Below are positions 1-8,235 of a DNA stretch of 64,000 nucleotides, piece by piece (position 1 is the first letter of the stretch; the number at the start of each line of letters is the position of its first letter). Made by a program: the position numbers and the translations under genes. The notes beneath the pieces were generated by a model. It worked only from the letters and a program-made list of their open reading frames with translations, did no database searches and was not told the DNA's origin. Source of the stretch: Chitinophagales bacterium (GTDB lineage: Bacteria; Bacteroidota; Bacteroidia; Chitinophagales; CAIODY01); the NCBI GenBank assembly GCA_947452995.1, contig CANGEV010000013.1:2033-66032 (forward strand). The letters run 5' to 3'.

Positions 1-328
1 CATTTTTCGCATCTTCTGGTTCTTTAGGAATCACTAAGAAACGTAGTTTATCCTCTAGCTCTTTCTTCTGCACTTCCATTATCTCCATTTCTTCTTTCGC
101 CATCTGACGCATCTCATCATCTTTCTCCGTCTGCAAAAGTGTCTTGGCGGAGTCGTAATTGGCCGTCGCATTTTTATAGGCGCGGAAAACACCCACTAGC
201 GTTTCAAGATCTTTATATTCTTTGCTAAGCTGTGCAAATTTCTTACGGTCGTTCACCATATTAGGGTCTGTCAATAGACGACCTACTTCTTCAAAACGGT
301 GTTCTGCTATTTCTAATTTATCTAACAT
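1..328 (-). CDS. prfA: Peptide chain release factor 1 (5' part; runs off window start)
   Basis: Manual translation from ATG at 328: MLDKLEIAEHRFEEVGRLLTDPNMVNDRKKFAQLSKEYKDL...PKEPEDAKN, a typical RF1 N-terminus. TACCTTTG -7 box at 349-356. Confidence 0.9.
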   Translation of the reverse strand, partial: MLDKLEIAEHRFEEVGRLLTDPNMVNDRKKFAQLSKEYKDLETLVGVFRAYKNATANYDSAKTLLQTEKDDEMRQMAKEEMEIMEVQKKELEDKLRFLVIPKEPEDAKN

Positions 329-371
329 AATTATCGCGTATCAAGGCGCAAAGGTAGCATTTTTCAGCCAC

Positions 372-1151
372 TCAAAGTTGACGAATCTCTAAAGTTCCTT
401 GTCGTAAGATATAGAGGTTATCCTGTTCTACTCGAACGGCTTTCACGCTAGCGCTATCGGGCAAGGAGATGGTCATTTCATTAAAATTCACCAGGTCGAA
501 ACTATGTAGCTGTTTGCGTTTGAGGAAGAAGATTTGATCCTTTAAAATTTCAAAACGGGTGATGCCTTTCAGAAAAAACTGCTTTTGGAAAGTGCCGTAT
601 TTATCGAACACATAGACGCCAGAGCTAGGGTCGGTGGCATAGAGCTGTTGTTTGAAGAATAGCAATTGCGTAAACTGTACGGGATGTCCGAGTACTACGG
701 AGAGATCTTCCGACTGTCGCTGTTGTATTTTGGCGAAATCATATTCGCGGAGACGCATCGCTTTGCTATCAAAGATCCAGAGCATATTGTCGGTTGTCAT
801 GGCTACCGTCTTCAGTGGCACAAAGCCTTCTGGGCGGAAGTCGAGGCTCCGTAAGGGACTTAGGTTTTGATCCAATAATTGTAGCGTGCCGTAGTTGGGA
901 TAGAGCAATACCATTTGCAAGGCGTTTTCCGCTTCGAGATAGGTAGGGCGACCCCAACGATTATCGCTGAACTCACGGAGACGGGTGCCATCATTCGACC
1001 ATTGCGAAAGTACATTGCCTTCGATAAAATAGATCCGGTTGAAGTGGTCGGTGGTGAAATACGTCGCCTTCGTTTCGATATTACGAATGCCATCGATCAC
1101 CTGTCCGAAAAAGCTCAGGAGCGCATAAAAGTATATCAGCAACAGATGCAT
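372..1151 (-). CDS. Hypothetical exported protein, probable beta-propeller-like fold
   Basis: ORF 372..1241; likely start ATG 1151 (MHLLLIYFYALLSFFGQ, signal-like). Repeated beta-strand motifs such as LYATDPSSGVYVFDKYG. Confidence 0.65.
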   Translation of the reverse strand: MHLLLIYFYALLSFFGQVIDGIRNIETKATYFTTDHFNRIYFIEGNVLSQWSNDGTRLREFSDNRWGRPTYLEAENALQMVLLYPNYGTLQLLDQNLSPLRSLDFRPEGFVPLKTVAMTTDNMLWIFDSKAMRLREYDFAKIQQRQSEDLSVVLGHPVQFTQLLFFKQQLYATDPSSGVYVFDKYGTFQKQFFLKGITRFEILKDQIFFLKRKQLHSFDLVNFNEMTISLPDSASVKAVRVEQDNLYILRQGTLEIRQL

Positions 1152-1250
1152 ATGACACAAAAGTACATTTTTTGAGAAAGGAATGGCAATTTCGACGAAA
1201 AAGCTGCGAAAAAGCGACAAAATTACCGACAAAAGGGTCAAAAAATGGAT

Positions 1251-1266
1251 TGGCGAAAGATTTGAT
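1251..1266 (+). promoter_or_regulatory. Putative sigma54 -24/-12 promoter of grpE-dnaJ
   Basis: TGGCGA-AAGAT-TTGAT has the TGGCAC-N5-TTGC spacing (GA instead of GC at -12). A similar element precedes clpB. Confidence 0.5.
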
Positions 1267-1348
1267 AGTAAAATTCACGAAAACCCCAATTGTCCTTAGG
1301 CTTGAGGGGGAATTTCGTATTTTTGCAAACTTTAGAAAAATCAAGAAC

Positions 1349-1876
1349 ATGGAAGAGAATACACAGCAGCACGAAGAATCGTTGAATCAGCCAGAAGGAG
1401 CTTCGGAAGAGAACCAAGCGCCAGAGGCAGCTGCACCAACTACAGAGGAGTTGTTAGCGCAAGAGAAAGACAAGTATATGCGTTTGATGGCCGACTTTGA
1501 AAACTTCCGTCGTCAGCAACGTAATATGCAGAGCGACTTAATCAAAACTGCAACGAAGGATTTGATGATAGAACTTTTGACGGTGGTCGACAATTTCGAA
1601 CGTGCGTTACAGACGATGGAGAACGCGAGTGATTTGAATGCCGTGAAAGAAGGCGTACAACTTATCCATAGTGGCTTCAAGAGCACCTTGGAAAGAAAAG
1701 GCTTGAAAGAAATGGAAGCCAAAAACACAGCCTTCGATGCCGACAAACACGAGGCGATTACAGAGATCCCAGCTCCGACAGAAGAGCAAAAAGGACAAGT
1801 CATTGATGTAGTTACTAAAGGATATTACTTAAACGATAAAATCATCCGCTTCGCGCAAGTGGTCGTTGGAAAATAA
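1349..1876 (+). CDS. grpE: Nucleotide exchange factor GrpE
   Basis: RLMADFENFRR, FDADKHEAI and KGYYLNDKIIRFAQVVVG motifs. ATG 1349 follows a TATTTTTG box at 1318-1325. Confidence 0.97.
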   Translation: MEENTQQHEESLNQPEGASEENQAPEAAAPTTEELLAQEKDKYMRLMADFENFRRQQRNMQSDLIKTATKDLMIELLTVVDNFERALQTMENASDLNAVKEGVQLIHSGFKSTLERKGLKEMEAKNTAFDADKHEAITEIPAPTEEQKGQVIDVVTKGYYLNDKIIRFAQVVVGK

Positions 1877-1882
1877 TTTATT

Positions 1883-3046
1883 ATGTCGAAAAGAGATTAC
1901 TACGAGATATTAGGCGTCACTAAAAACGCATCTGCTGACGAGATTAAGAAGTCGTACCGTAAGGTTGCGATGCAATATCATCCTGACAAAAATCCGGATA
2001 ATAAAGAGGCGGAAGAAAAGTTCAAAGAGGCTGCTGAAGCGTATGAAGTATTGAGTGATGCACAGAAGCGCGCGCAGTACGACCAGTTTGGGCATAACGG
2101 TCCGCAAGGCTTTGGTGGCGGCGGTGGCTGGCAAGGTGGCGGCATGGATATGAATGATATCTTCCGCAACTTCGGCGATATCTTCGGCGATGAAAGTCCG
2201 TTCGGTAGCTTCTTTGGTGGCGGCGGACAGAGTCGTGGTGGCCGTAGAGGTGGAGCACGTGGCGGTAATATCCGTGTGAAAGTGAAGTTGTCTTTGCAAG
2301 AGATTGCAGAGGGTGTGAAGAAAACCGTGAAAATTAAAAAGCAAGTCAGCTGTCAACATTGTGGCGGCAATGGCGCGAAAGATAAATCAAGTGTCGCGAC
2401 GTGTAAGACCTGTAATGGTCGGGGCGTTACGATGCGTTTGGTGAACTCTCCATTCGGACAAATGCAAACGCAAACGACTTGCCCTAGCTGTCATGGGGAA
2501 GGACAGACGATCACTTCAAAGTGTTCACATTGTCATGGTGAAGGCAGAATGTATGGTGAAGAAACGATTACAATGGACATTCCTGCCGGTGCTACGGAAG
2601 GTATCCAATTGTCAATGAGTGGTAAAGGAAATGCGGGCGAGCGTGGTGCGGCCGCTGGTGATTTAATCATCAATATCGAAGAGGAAGCACATGAATTTTT
2701 AGAACGCGACGGACAGCATGTGATTTATGATTTACATATCAACTTTGTCGATGCGTGTTTAGGTACGACGGTAGAGGTCCCGACGATTGATGGCAAGGCG
2801 AAGATCAAGTTAGCAGAAGGCACACAAGCCGGTAAGATATTCCGTTTGAAAGGAAAAGGATTACCGTCCTTACAGAGCTATGGTAAAGGCGATCAGCTCG
2901 TCTATGTGAATGTTTGGACGCCGAAGCACTTGAGTGCAGAGGAGAAGAAGATTTTAGAAAAGCTGCGTGAGTCGCCGAATTTCGCACCATCCCCTGACAA
3001 GAACGATCAGTCGTTCTTCAGTAAGATGAAAGACTTCTTTAGCTAA
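1883..3046 (+). CDS. dnaJ: Chaperone DnaJ
   Basis: J domain with HPD, G/F-rich linker and four CxxCxGxG zinc-finger motifs. Confidence 0.98.
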   Translation: MSKRDYYEILGVTKNASADEIKKSYRKVAMQYHPDKNPDNKEAEEKFKEAAEAYEVLSDAQKRAQYDQFGHNGPQGFGGGGGWQGGGMDMNDIFRNFGDIFGDESPFGSFFGGGGQSRGGRRGGARGGNIRVKVKLSLQEIAEGVKKTVKIKKQVSCQHCGGNGAKDKSSVATCKTCNGRGVTMRLVNSPFGQMQTQTTCPSCHGEGQTITSKCSHCHGEGRMYGEETITMDIPAGATEGIQLSMSGKGNAGERGAAAGDLIINIEEEAHEFLERDGQHVIYDLHINFVDACLGTTVEVPTIDGKAKIKLAEGTQAGKIFRLKGKGLPSLQSYGKGDQLVYVNVWTPKHLSAEEKKILEKLRESPNFAPSPDKNDQSFFSKMKDFFS

Positions 3047-3055
3047 TGAATGGTG

Positions 3056-3139
3056 CTCCCGTCCCGACTCGTCGGGAGCGTAGCATCGGGATCACTTTTA
3101 ACCTTTCCCCTTTCCCTCCGATTGCGAAGCAACGGATTC
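3056..3139. repeat. REP-like mini-palindrome cluster overlapping the mscL 3' end
   Basis: TCCCGAC-TC-GTCGGGA at 3062-3077 lies inside an outer CTCCCG...ATCGGGA pair. TCCGATTGCGAAGCAACGGA and purine-rich heptamers are shared with 37074-37162. Confidence 0.7.
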
Positions 3140-3436
3140 TTTATTCATCTTATTCATTGCCTTCACGACCATAAACAACGTGAATGCAACGATGGTGAAA
3201 GAAATTGCTGTACTTACAAAATTGCCGTATTTGATAGCGGTATTTGGTATCGTCAGTTCGGAGAGATTGGTCAATTTTGCGGCACGCAAGGCGGGGGTAA
3301 GTACCGCAGGCGTGATGATATCATCTACGAGTGAGTTAATGATTTTACTGAACTCACTTCCAATTACAACCCCTATTGCGAGGTCGACTACATTGCCTTT
3401 CATGGCAAATTCGCGAAATTCTTTTATGATACCCAC
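3098..3436 (-). CDS. mscL: Large-conductance mechanosensitive channel
   Basis: IKEFREFAMKGNVVDLAIGVVIG and IKYGNFV motifs; GTG start; atypical short C-terminus. Confidence 0.95.
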   Translation of the reverse strand: MGIIKEFREFAMKGNVVDLAIGVVIGSEFSKIINSLVDDIITPAVLTPALRAAKLTNLSELTIPNTAIKYGNFVSTAISFTIVAFTLFMVVKAMNKMNKESVASQSEGKGKG

Positions 3437-3473
3437 TTTGATAATTATGAATTAAAAATGTAGAACGAAAATA

Positions 3474-4481
3474 CTAAATCATTTTTTGCGAAAAAGGAAT
3501 TCGACGCAATAAAACAACGATTAAATAGCTGAGTGGTAAAATCAATAATAATTTCAAACACATGCCGCTAAGACTATGCTGAAAAATTTCATGTGGGTGT
3601 CTGTTCAGATAGCGATTCAAGATATCGAGTGGCATTGCATGCACGAGATAAATACCGAAAGTTAGTGGAGCGAAACTACTAAACCAATTGGCAGTTAGTT
3701 CCACTTGCAAAAAGAGTTTGAAAATAGCGAGGGAAGCGATCACAACGAGCGGCGAAAGATAGTCGTATGGATAAAGGTTACCGCCGTGTAATACACTAAT
3801 GGAAGCAGTTTTAGCAATTGCAATGCTTGCGATAAAATAGATAGCGAACAGCAGGAGCGTAGGAATTTTACGTATGTCTTTTAGGACGAAGGCTGCGAGG
3901 AAATAACCGAGATACTTTACGAAGTTGAGGGCAAAAAATAGTTTATAATGAAAATAGTTTTCGCTAAAATCAATGAGCATACCGAGGCTTAAGAGCACGG
4001 CTGATAGCGTCGCGGCTCGCGTTAGAGACATCAACTTTAAGCGCTTTGCAAAGTAAGGTGCCACAAGATATAGTCCGACAGACATAGTCAGATACCAGAG
4101 ATGATAAAAAGTTTGTCCGCAAGCCGTATAGCTTAACATCGCCTCCCATTGTGGCTTTCCAGCAAAGTAATAATTTGCAGATAACGTATACACGAGATAG
4201 AGCAGGTTCCAAACCAATAGAGGCACAATGATCCGAAAGAATAGGTTGCGTAAGGCATCGCCCCACTCTTCTACCTTTGCTAGTACGAAGCGTCCGCTGA
4301 GCATGACGAATAAGGGCACACAGATACGTGTGAAGGCGTCGACATAATTGGCGAGCTGGAAGTGGCTATCGAAGTTAGCTGTATAGATCCCCTGCAACAC
4401 GTAGCCGGACGCGATATGCAAGATCACAACGAGCAGGGCCGATAAAGTGCGTAAAGTATCTAACGAAGTGTTACGATTCAT
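3474..4481 (-). CDS. Acyltransferase family 3 membrane protein (surface polysaccharide O-acyltransferase-like)
   Basis: SLDTLRTLSALLVVILH, CVPLFVMLSG, YHLWYL and TFGIYLVH motifs; multiple TM helices; likely start ATG 4481. Confidence 0.9.
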   Translation of the reverse strand: MNRNTSLDTLRTLSALLVVILHIASGYVLQGIYTANFDSHFQLANYVDAFTRICVPLFVMLSGRFVLAKVEEWGDALRNLFFRIIVPLLVWNLLYLVYTLSANYYFAGKPQWEAMLSYTACGQTFYHLWYLTMSVGLYLVAPYFAKRLKLMSLTRAATLSAVLLSLGMLIDFSENYFHYKLFFALNFVKYLGYFLAAFVLKDIRKIPTLLLFAIYFIASIAIAKTASISVLHGGNLYPYDYLSPLVVIASLAIFKLFLQVELTANWFSSFAPLTFGIYLVHAMPLDILNRYLNRHPHEIFQHSLSGMCLKLLLILPLSYLIVVLLRRIPFSQKMI

Positions 4482-4505
4482 GTTGAAGAAATTGAAGGTG
4501 ATTAA

Positions 4506-4546
4506 ATTTAGTAACAATCGCTAACATTTCAACTAAACATTAAGGC
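4506..4546 (+). repeat. 41-bp direct repeat, left copy
   Basis: ATTTAGTAACAATCGCTAACATTTCAACTAAACATTAAGGC; 38/41 identical to 6821-6861. Confidence 0.9.
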
Positions 4547-4573
4547 CGAAAATCAATTACCGACATGAGGCTA

Positions 4574-5239
4574 CTACATCTTAACATAAGCGTATGATAC
4601 CCGTTTGATATTACCTAGAGGTTCAAAGCTTTGATTTTCCCTCCAATCACCCCCTTCCTTTTCAATTGATTTTACTTCAACATTAAGTGGCACATCATAT
4701 TTCATGTGCACGGAATAATCACCCAAAAAGCTGTCGAATTCATACGTAAGGGAAATATTGGTCGCTACTATTGGCAACTTTGGTAAAAAATCATTTTGTG
4801 AAATTTCTTGATATTCTCTATTTGTTAAGATACAGGCTATTTTAGTAAGTTCTCCGAAGCGACCTTCCTTAACAAGCTCTAGTTTGCGATTCAATGCGCT
4901 TCTAAAGGTTCGATTTAAAATTTTATTATGGACCAAATGATATGAAAAGTTAACATACAAAAAAGCTGAAACAAGTAAGGTAAGTACTATTGATGCAATG
5001 ATTTTAGTACGAACTGATCCTATTTTTTTTCTTCTGAAATACGCTACAAGTATACGCATACCGATAATAGAAAGTATGGTAACGAGCAAGATATTTAGGA
5101 TGTCGTTTATATGCGAATCGAAGATGTAGGCTAAATCGTCGAAGGAATAACTCATCAAATAAAACAACAGAATCGCATTTAGCAGTGCAATGAGAATATA
5201 TTTGAGTGCTTTAAGTATGGTCTGAATAGTAGTTCGCAT
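4574..5239 (-). CDS. Hypothetical membrane protein (three N-terminal TM helices)
   Basis: 221-aa ORF with three hydrophobic segments followed by a soluble domain; no family recognised. Confidence 0.7.
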   Translation of the reverse strand: MRTTIQTILKALKYILIALLNAILLFYLMSYSFDDLAYIFDSHINDILNILLVTILSIIGMRILVAYFRRKKIGSVRTKIIASIVLTLLVSAFLYVNFSYHLVHNKILNRTFRSALNRKLELVKEGRFGELTKIACILTNREYQEISQNDFLPKLPIVATNISLTYEFDSFLGDYSVHMKYDVPLNVEVKSIEKEGGDWRENQSFEPLGNIKRVSYAYVKM

Positions 5240-5253
5240 GTTAATTATATTAA

Positions 5254-5847
5254 TTATTTAACAATGACTGCATCTACTTGTTGTCGAATAAGTGGCTCGC
5301 CACCGCAATTACAACAAATAGCACCTCCAGCAAATGAATTGGCAAATCCACTTCTTACCTCGGTTGCGGCATAGGCTGTAGTCTTTTTGTTTTTTTTACT
5401 ATCTGTGAAATACATAAGTAATCCAATAAATTTATAATTCGACAGAGTACTCAAGGTATCTTCTTTTTTACAACTTGCTGCCTCTTCTGGAAAATCCGAC
5501 TGCACTTTTCTTATAAGTTTTTTCCATATATCTTCTTGTAACACGAGAAGTTTATCCTGTGCATCATTGGTATATACACCTTCCTGTTCGGTAGCTTTAA
5601 ACTCCTCGCCTGCCACTCCAAGTGTCTTACTTATTTTCACAAGCACCGCATCTGACAATACGCTTTTTACAAGCACTGTATCTTCAATAACATTTGCCGT
5701 AGCTACAACTTCTTTATTGGGATTTTTGATTGGCTTCTCCTTTACCTTTAAAGTGGGATTTTCATTACTCGAGATAATGTAGTAGGTTATAACACATAAT
5801 GTAGAAAGGCCTAGCAGTCCTAAAAGTAGTTTAATGCTATTTTTCAT
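5254..5847 (-). CDS. Hypothetical protein with N-terminal anchor and C-terminal CCNC motif
   Basis: 197-aa ORF; MKNSIKLLLGLLGLSTLCVITYYII anchor; AICCNCGG near the C-terminus. Confidence 0.7.
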   Translation of the reverse strand: MKNSIKLLLGLLGLSTLCVITYYIISSNENPTLKVKEKPIKNPNKEVVATANVIEDTVLVKSVLSDAVLVKISKTLGVAGEEFKATEQEGVYTNDAQDKLLVLQEDIWKKLIRKVQSDFPEEAASCKKEDTLSTLSNYKFIGLLMYFTDSKKNKKTTAYAATEVRSGFANSFAGGAICCNCGGEPLIRQQVDAVIVK

Positions 5848-5917
5848 AGTTGTATATGTTTGAATTAAAATTTAAATTTTATTCGTTTGCTTTGGGTATA
5901 ATTTTAATTCCCCCACT

Positions 5918-5949
5918 TTACGCTGCACGAATTAATTCGTGCAGCGTAA
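5918..5949. repeat. 32-bp perfect palindrome (REP-like)
   Basis: TTACGCTGCACGAATT|AATTCGTGCAGCGTAA is its own reverse complement. Confidence 0.9.
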
Positions 5950-6115
5950 TGAAAAAACGAGCAGTTATACTCTACTAACGCAGAAAAATTAAATTTATTT
6001 CAAACGGAATTCAATCATTCCTAAAGCAAATGTTAATATATGATTTTACGCCTGATTTAAGCGAAATAATCAAAGCAGAAATTGTCAAAACAACATCCAA
6101 TGCGTAAGTCGACGA

Positions 6116-6421
6116 TTAAAATCGAACTATTAATTGAAGTTGACCGCCAAAGCCAAGTTCGACTATTTTTTGAAGCGTAGAAATTCGAGCTTCCTTTAAA
6201 TTATTCTCAATTTTTGAGATATATGACTTAGTCGTACCTACTTTCTCAGCAAGCTCTTCCTGTGTCATTCCCATTTCAAGACGTGTATCGTGTATCAAAG
6301 CACCAATTTTAAATGCGTCATAACCGGCTTCTAATTCCTCTCGTTGTTTTGTACCACGCTTTCCATAGTTCTTATCTTTAAACTGTTCAAGCGTTATCAA
6401 CTTCTTATTTTTCGTTTTCAT
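6116..6421 (-). CDS. HigA-type XRE/HTH antitoxin
   Basis: GMTQEELAEKVGTTKSYISKIEN helix-turn-helix; start overlaps the end of the upstream toxin gene. Confidence 0.9.
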   Translation of the reverse strand: MKTKNKKLITLEQFKDKNYGKRGTKQREELEAGYDAFKIGALIHDTRLEMGMTQEELAEKVGTTKSYISKIENNLKEARISTLQKIVELGFGGQLQLIVRF

Positions 6422-6752
6422 ATTGTGCTTTTATTTTAAGTGCCTTTTCTATTTCCTTTTTCGGTGTTTTCTGGGTTTTCTTTTGAAATCCATTCAGTAG
6501 AACAACTAGTTGTCCTTTATCAAAAAAACAGAATATTCTAAAAACATCACTTCCAACTTGAACCCGAATCTCGTAAAGACCTTCAGTGTTTTCAATATGC
6601 TTAAAATAGGTTTCAGGAACAATTGGCAACTCTTCAATTAATTCGAAGGTCCATACTATTTTAGCCTTTACCTTATCCTTTTGCTGTTCGAAAAAATCCT
6701 GAAAGTAATTTTCATAGAACACAATTCTTCTAAATTTCTGGTTTCTATTCAA
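6405..6752 (-). CDS. RelE/HigB (Gp49-like) type II toxin
   Basis: GLYEIRV...FRIFCFF...LLNGFQKKTQKTPKKEIEKA; toxin-first gene order; TTG start. Confidence 0.9.
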   Translation of the reverse strand: MNRNQKFRRIVFYENYFQDFFEQQKDKVKAKIVWTFELIEELPIVPETYFKHIENTEGLYEIRVQVGSDVFRIFCFFDKGQLVVLLNGFQKKTQKTPKKEIEKALKIKAQYENEK

Positions 6753-6756
6753 GGCA

Positions 6757-6787
6757 CAAAATTAAACAAGTTTCACTAAAGTGAAAC
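6757..6787 (-). promoter_or_regulatory. higBA promoter with inverted-repeat operator
   Basis: -7 box TAATTTTG (6764-6757) lies 4 nt before the TTG start. Perfect inverted repeat GTTTCACT-AA-AGTGAAAC at 6770-6787. Confidence 0.75.
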
Positions 6788-6820
6788 AATATCAGTTAAA
6801 ATTTAAAATTCAATTTCATG

Positions 6821-6861
6821 ATTTAGAAACAATCGCTAACATCTCAACTAAAGATTAAGGC
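6821..6861 (+). repeat. 41-bp direct repeat, right copy
   Basis: ATTTAGAAACAATCGCTAACATCTCAACTAAAGATTAAGGC; three mismatches to 4506-4546. Confidence 0.9.
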
Positions 6862-6933
6862 TATATAGTAAGCACACCAAACACGTTAACGGCTCATTTG
6901 ATACTATTTCGATTCATTATAAACGCGCAAAAG

Positions 6934-7644
6934 CTACCTTTTAGTATCTCCATCCTTCCGCGCACCCAAAATATAACACCAATTCTTACCACACGGTATT
7001 TTCTTCACTTCGGCAAACAAGCTTGCCAGCAGCGTTTCGAAGTATGCTTGCCGTTCACTATCCGGGCTCATATAATTCACGGCCACCTTCGCATTGGGGA
7101 TCATAATCTGCAAAAGCGATTGCCAAAACACCGGATCATAAATAATCGGATGCACTTCCATCCCAACAAACAAATCAACAAAAACCAGGGCCGCCGGCTT
7201 CGTGATCACCCTACTCGCAGATTTACGAATCAAGGCATCTTTCAAATACGCACTAACCTCCATATCCACCAATTCCCATGGTCCGCGATAAATTTCTTGT
7301 TTGTAGTTACGTGCAATATCCGTCGCTGTTTTTTCATAATCAACGCCCACCATATGTATGTCGCGACGATCATGTTTTTTATGTAAAATAGCAGGCACAC
7401 TTCCCAAGCCAAAACCCAATATCAACACCACCTCCCACTGATCAACTGGAAAATCATGCAGCTCTTCCCATGCCGCCACAAAAGGAGGATAATTAATATC
7501 ATTCGAATAAATCGCATCCGGCACCGCCAATTGTAATCGACCATTGCGAACAGACACCTCTATCTGTTCGTGCCTTAGCCCTTTCCCGCTATAAAGTATG
7601 ACGGGCGTGAAATAGCTTATTATTTTTTGCAACCAGGATATCAC
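6934..7644 (-). CDS. Class I SAM-dependent methyltransferase / spermidine-synthase-like protein
   Basis: VLILGFGLGS motif I, acidic VGVD and VFVDLF motifs. Confidence 0.8.
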   Translation of the reverse strand: MISWLQKIISYFTPVILYSGKGLRHEQIEVSVRNGRLQLAVPDAIYSNDINYPPFVAAWEELHDFPVDQWEVVLILGFGLGSVPAILHKKHDRRDIHMVGVDYEKTATDIARNYKQEIYRGPWELVDMEVSAYLKDALIRKSASRVITKPAALVFVDLFVGMEVHPIIYDPVFWQSLLQIMIPNAKVAVNYMSPDSERQAYFETLLASLFAEVKKIPCGKNWCYILGARKDGDTKR

Positions 7645-7740
7645 CCTTTAAAACTACAAAAATAAACACGTAAAAAATGCGCAATTCATTTCCAAATGCC
7701 GTCGAAACGTGTATTTTTGTCGTCCCTGTTAATCACAATT

Positions 7741-8148
7741 ATGGAATTCAGAAACTTACTTCACATCAGCGGCAAAAGCGGCCTTTTTGAAATGGTCGGC
7801 TCGCGCAACAACGGCGTTATCGCACGTTCTCTCGACGACAATCAAACACAATTTTACAGCAGTCGTGTCCACCAGTTTACTCCACTCGATTCTATCGAGA
7901 TGTATACCACCGGCGACAATGTAAGCTTGCGTAAGATTATGCAGAATGCAAAAGATATGCTCGACAAACATCCACTCGTGGCTGCTAACAGCGATAATAA
8001 TTCCCTTAAAAATTATTTCAAGGGTGTATTACCTGATTACGACGAAGAACGTGTAAAAACAAGCGATATCAAGAAGTTCGTAAAATGGTTTGAATACTGC
8101 AAAGACCTCGACCTTAGCGAACCGCAAGAAGAAACGAGTGCTGAATAG
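7741..8148 (+). CDS. DUF5606-family protein
   Basis: LLHISGKSGLF...LPDYDEERVKTSDIKKFVKW resembles a conserved Bacteroidota family. ATG 7741 follows a TATTTTTG box. Confidence 0.8.
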   Translation: MEFRNLLHISGKSGLFEMVGSRNNGVIARSLDDNQTQFYSSRVHQFTPLDSIEMYTTGDNVSLRKIMQNAKDMLDKHPLVAANSDNNSLKNYFKGVLPDYDEERVKTSDIKKFVKWFEYCKDLDLSEPQEETSAE

Positions 8149-8164
8149 TACACTATACAATCCT

Positions 8165-8195
8165 AAACCGGAACCCAATAAGTTCCGGTTTTTTT
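8165..8195 (+). terminator. Rho-independent terminator
   Basis: AAACCGGAAC-CCAATAA-GTTCCGGTTT followed by a T run. Confidence 0.85.
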
Positions 8196-8235
8196 ATGCC
8201 ATTTTCATTCTATATTCAAGTTCTAAAACTCTGTT

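Larger units (their letters stand above)
4506..6861. mobile_element. Direct-repeat-bounded AT-rich islet (HigBA plus two hypothetical genes, no recombinase)
   Basis: Flanking 41-bp direct repeats, visibly lower GC than the flanks, and toxin-antitoxin cargo. Confidence 0.6.

Noticed and set aside
4506-6861. Integron attC sites, Xer dif sites or CRISPR repeats as the identity of the 41-bp repeats
   Set aside because: Only two copies, 2.3 kb apart; no RYYYAAC...GTTRRRY fold-back; no TTATGTTAAAT XerD arm; no intI or cas gene.
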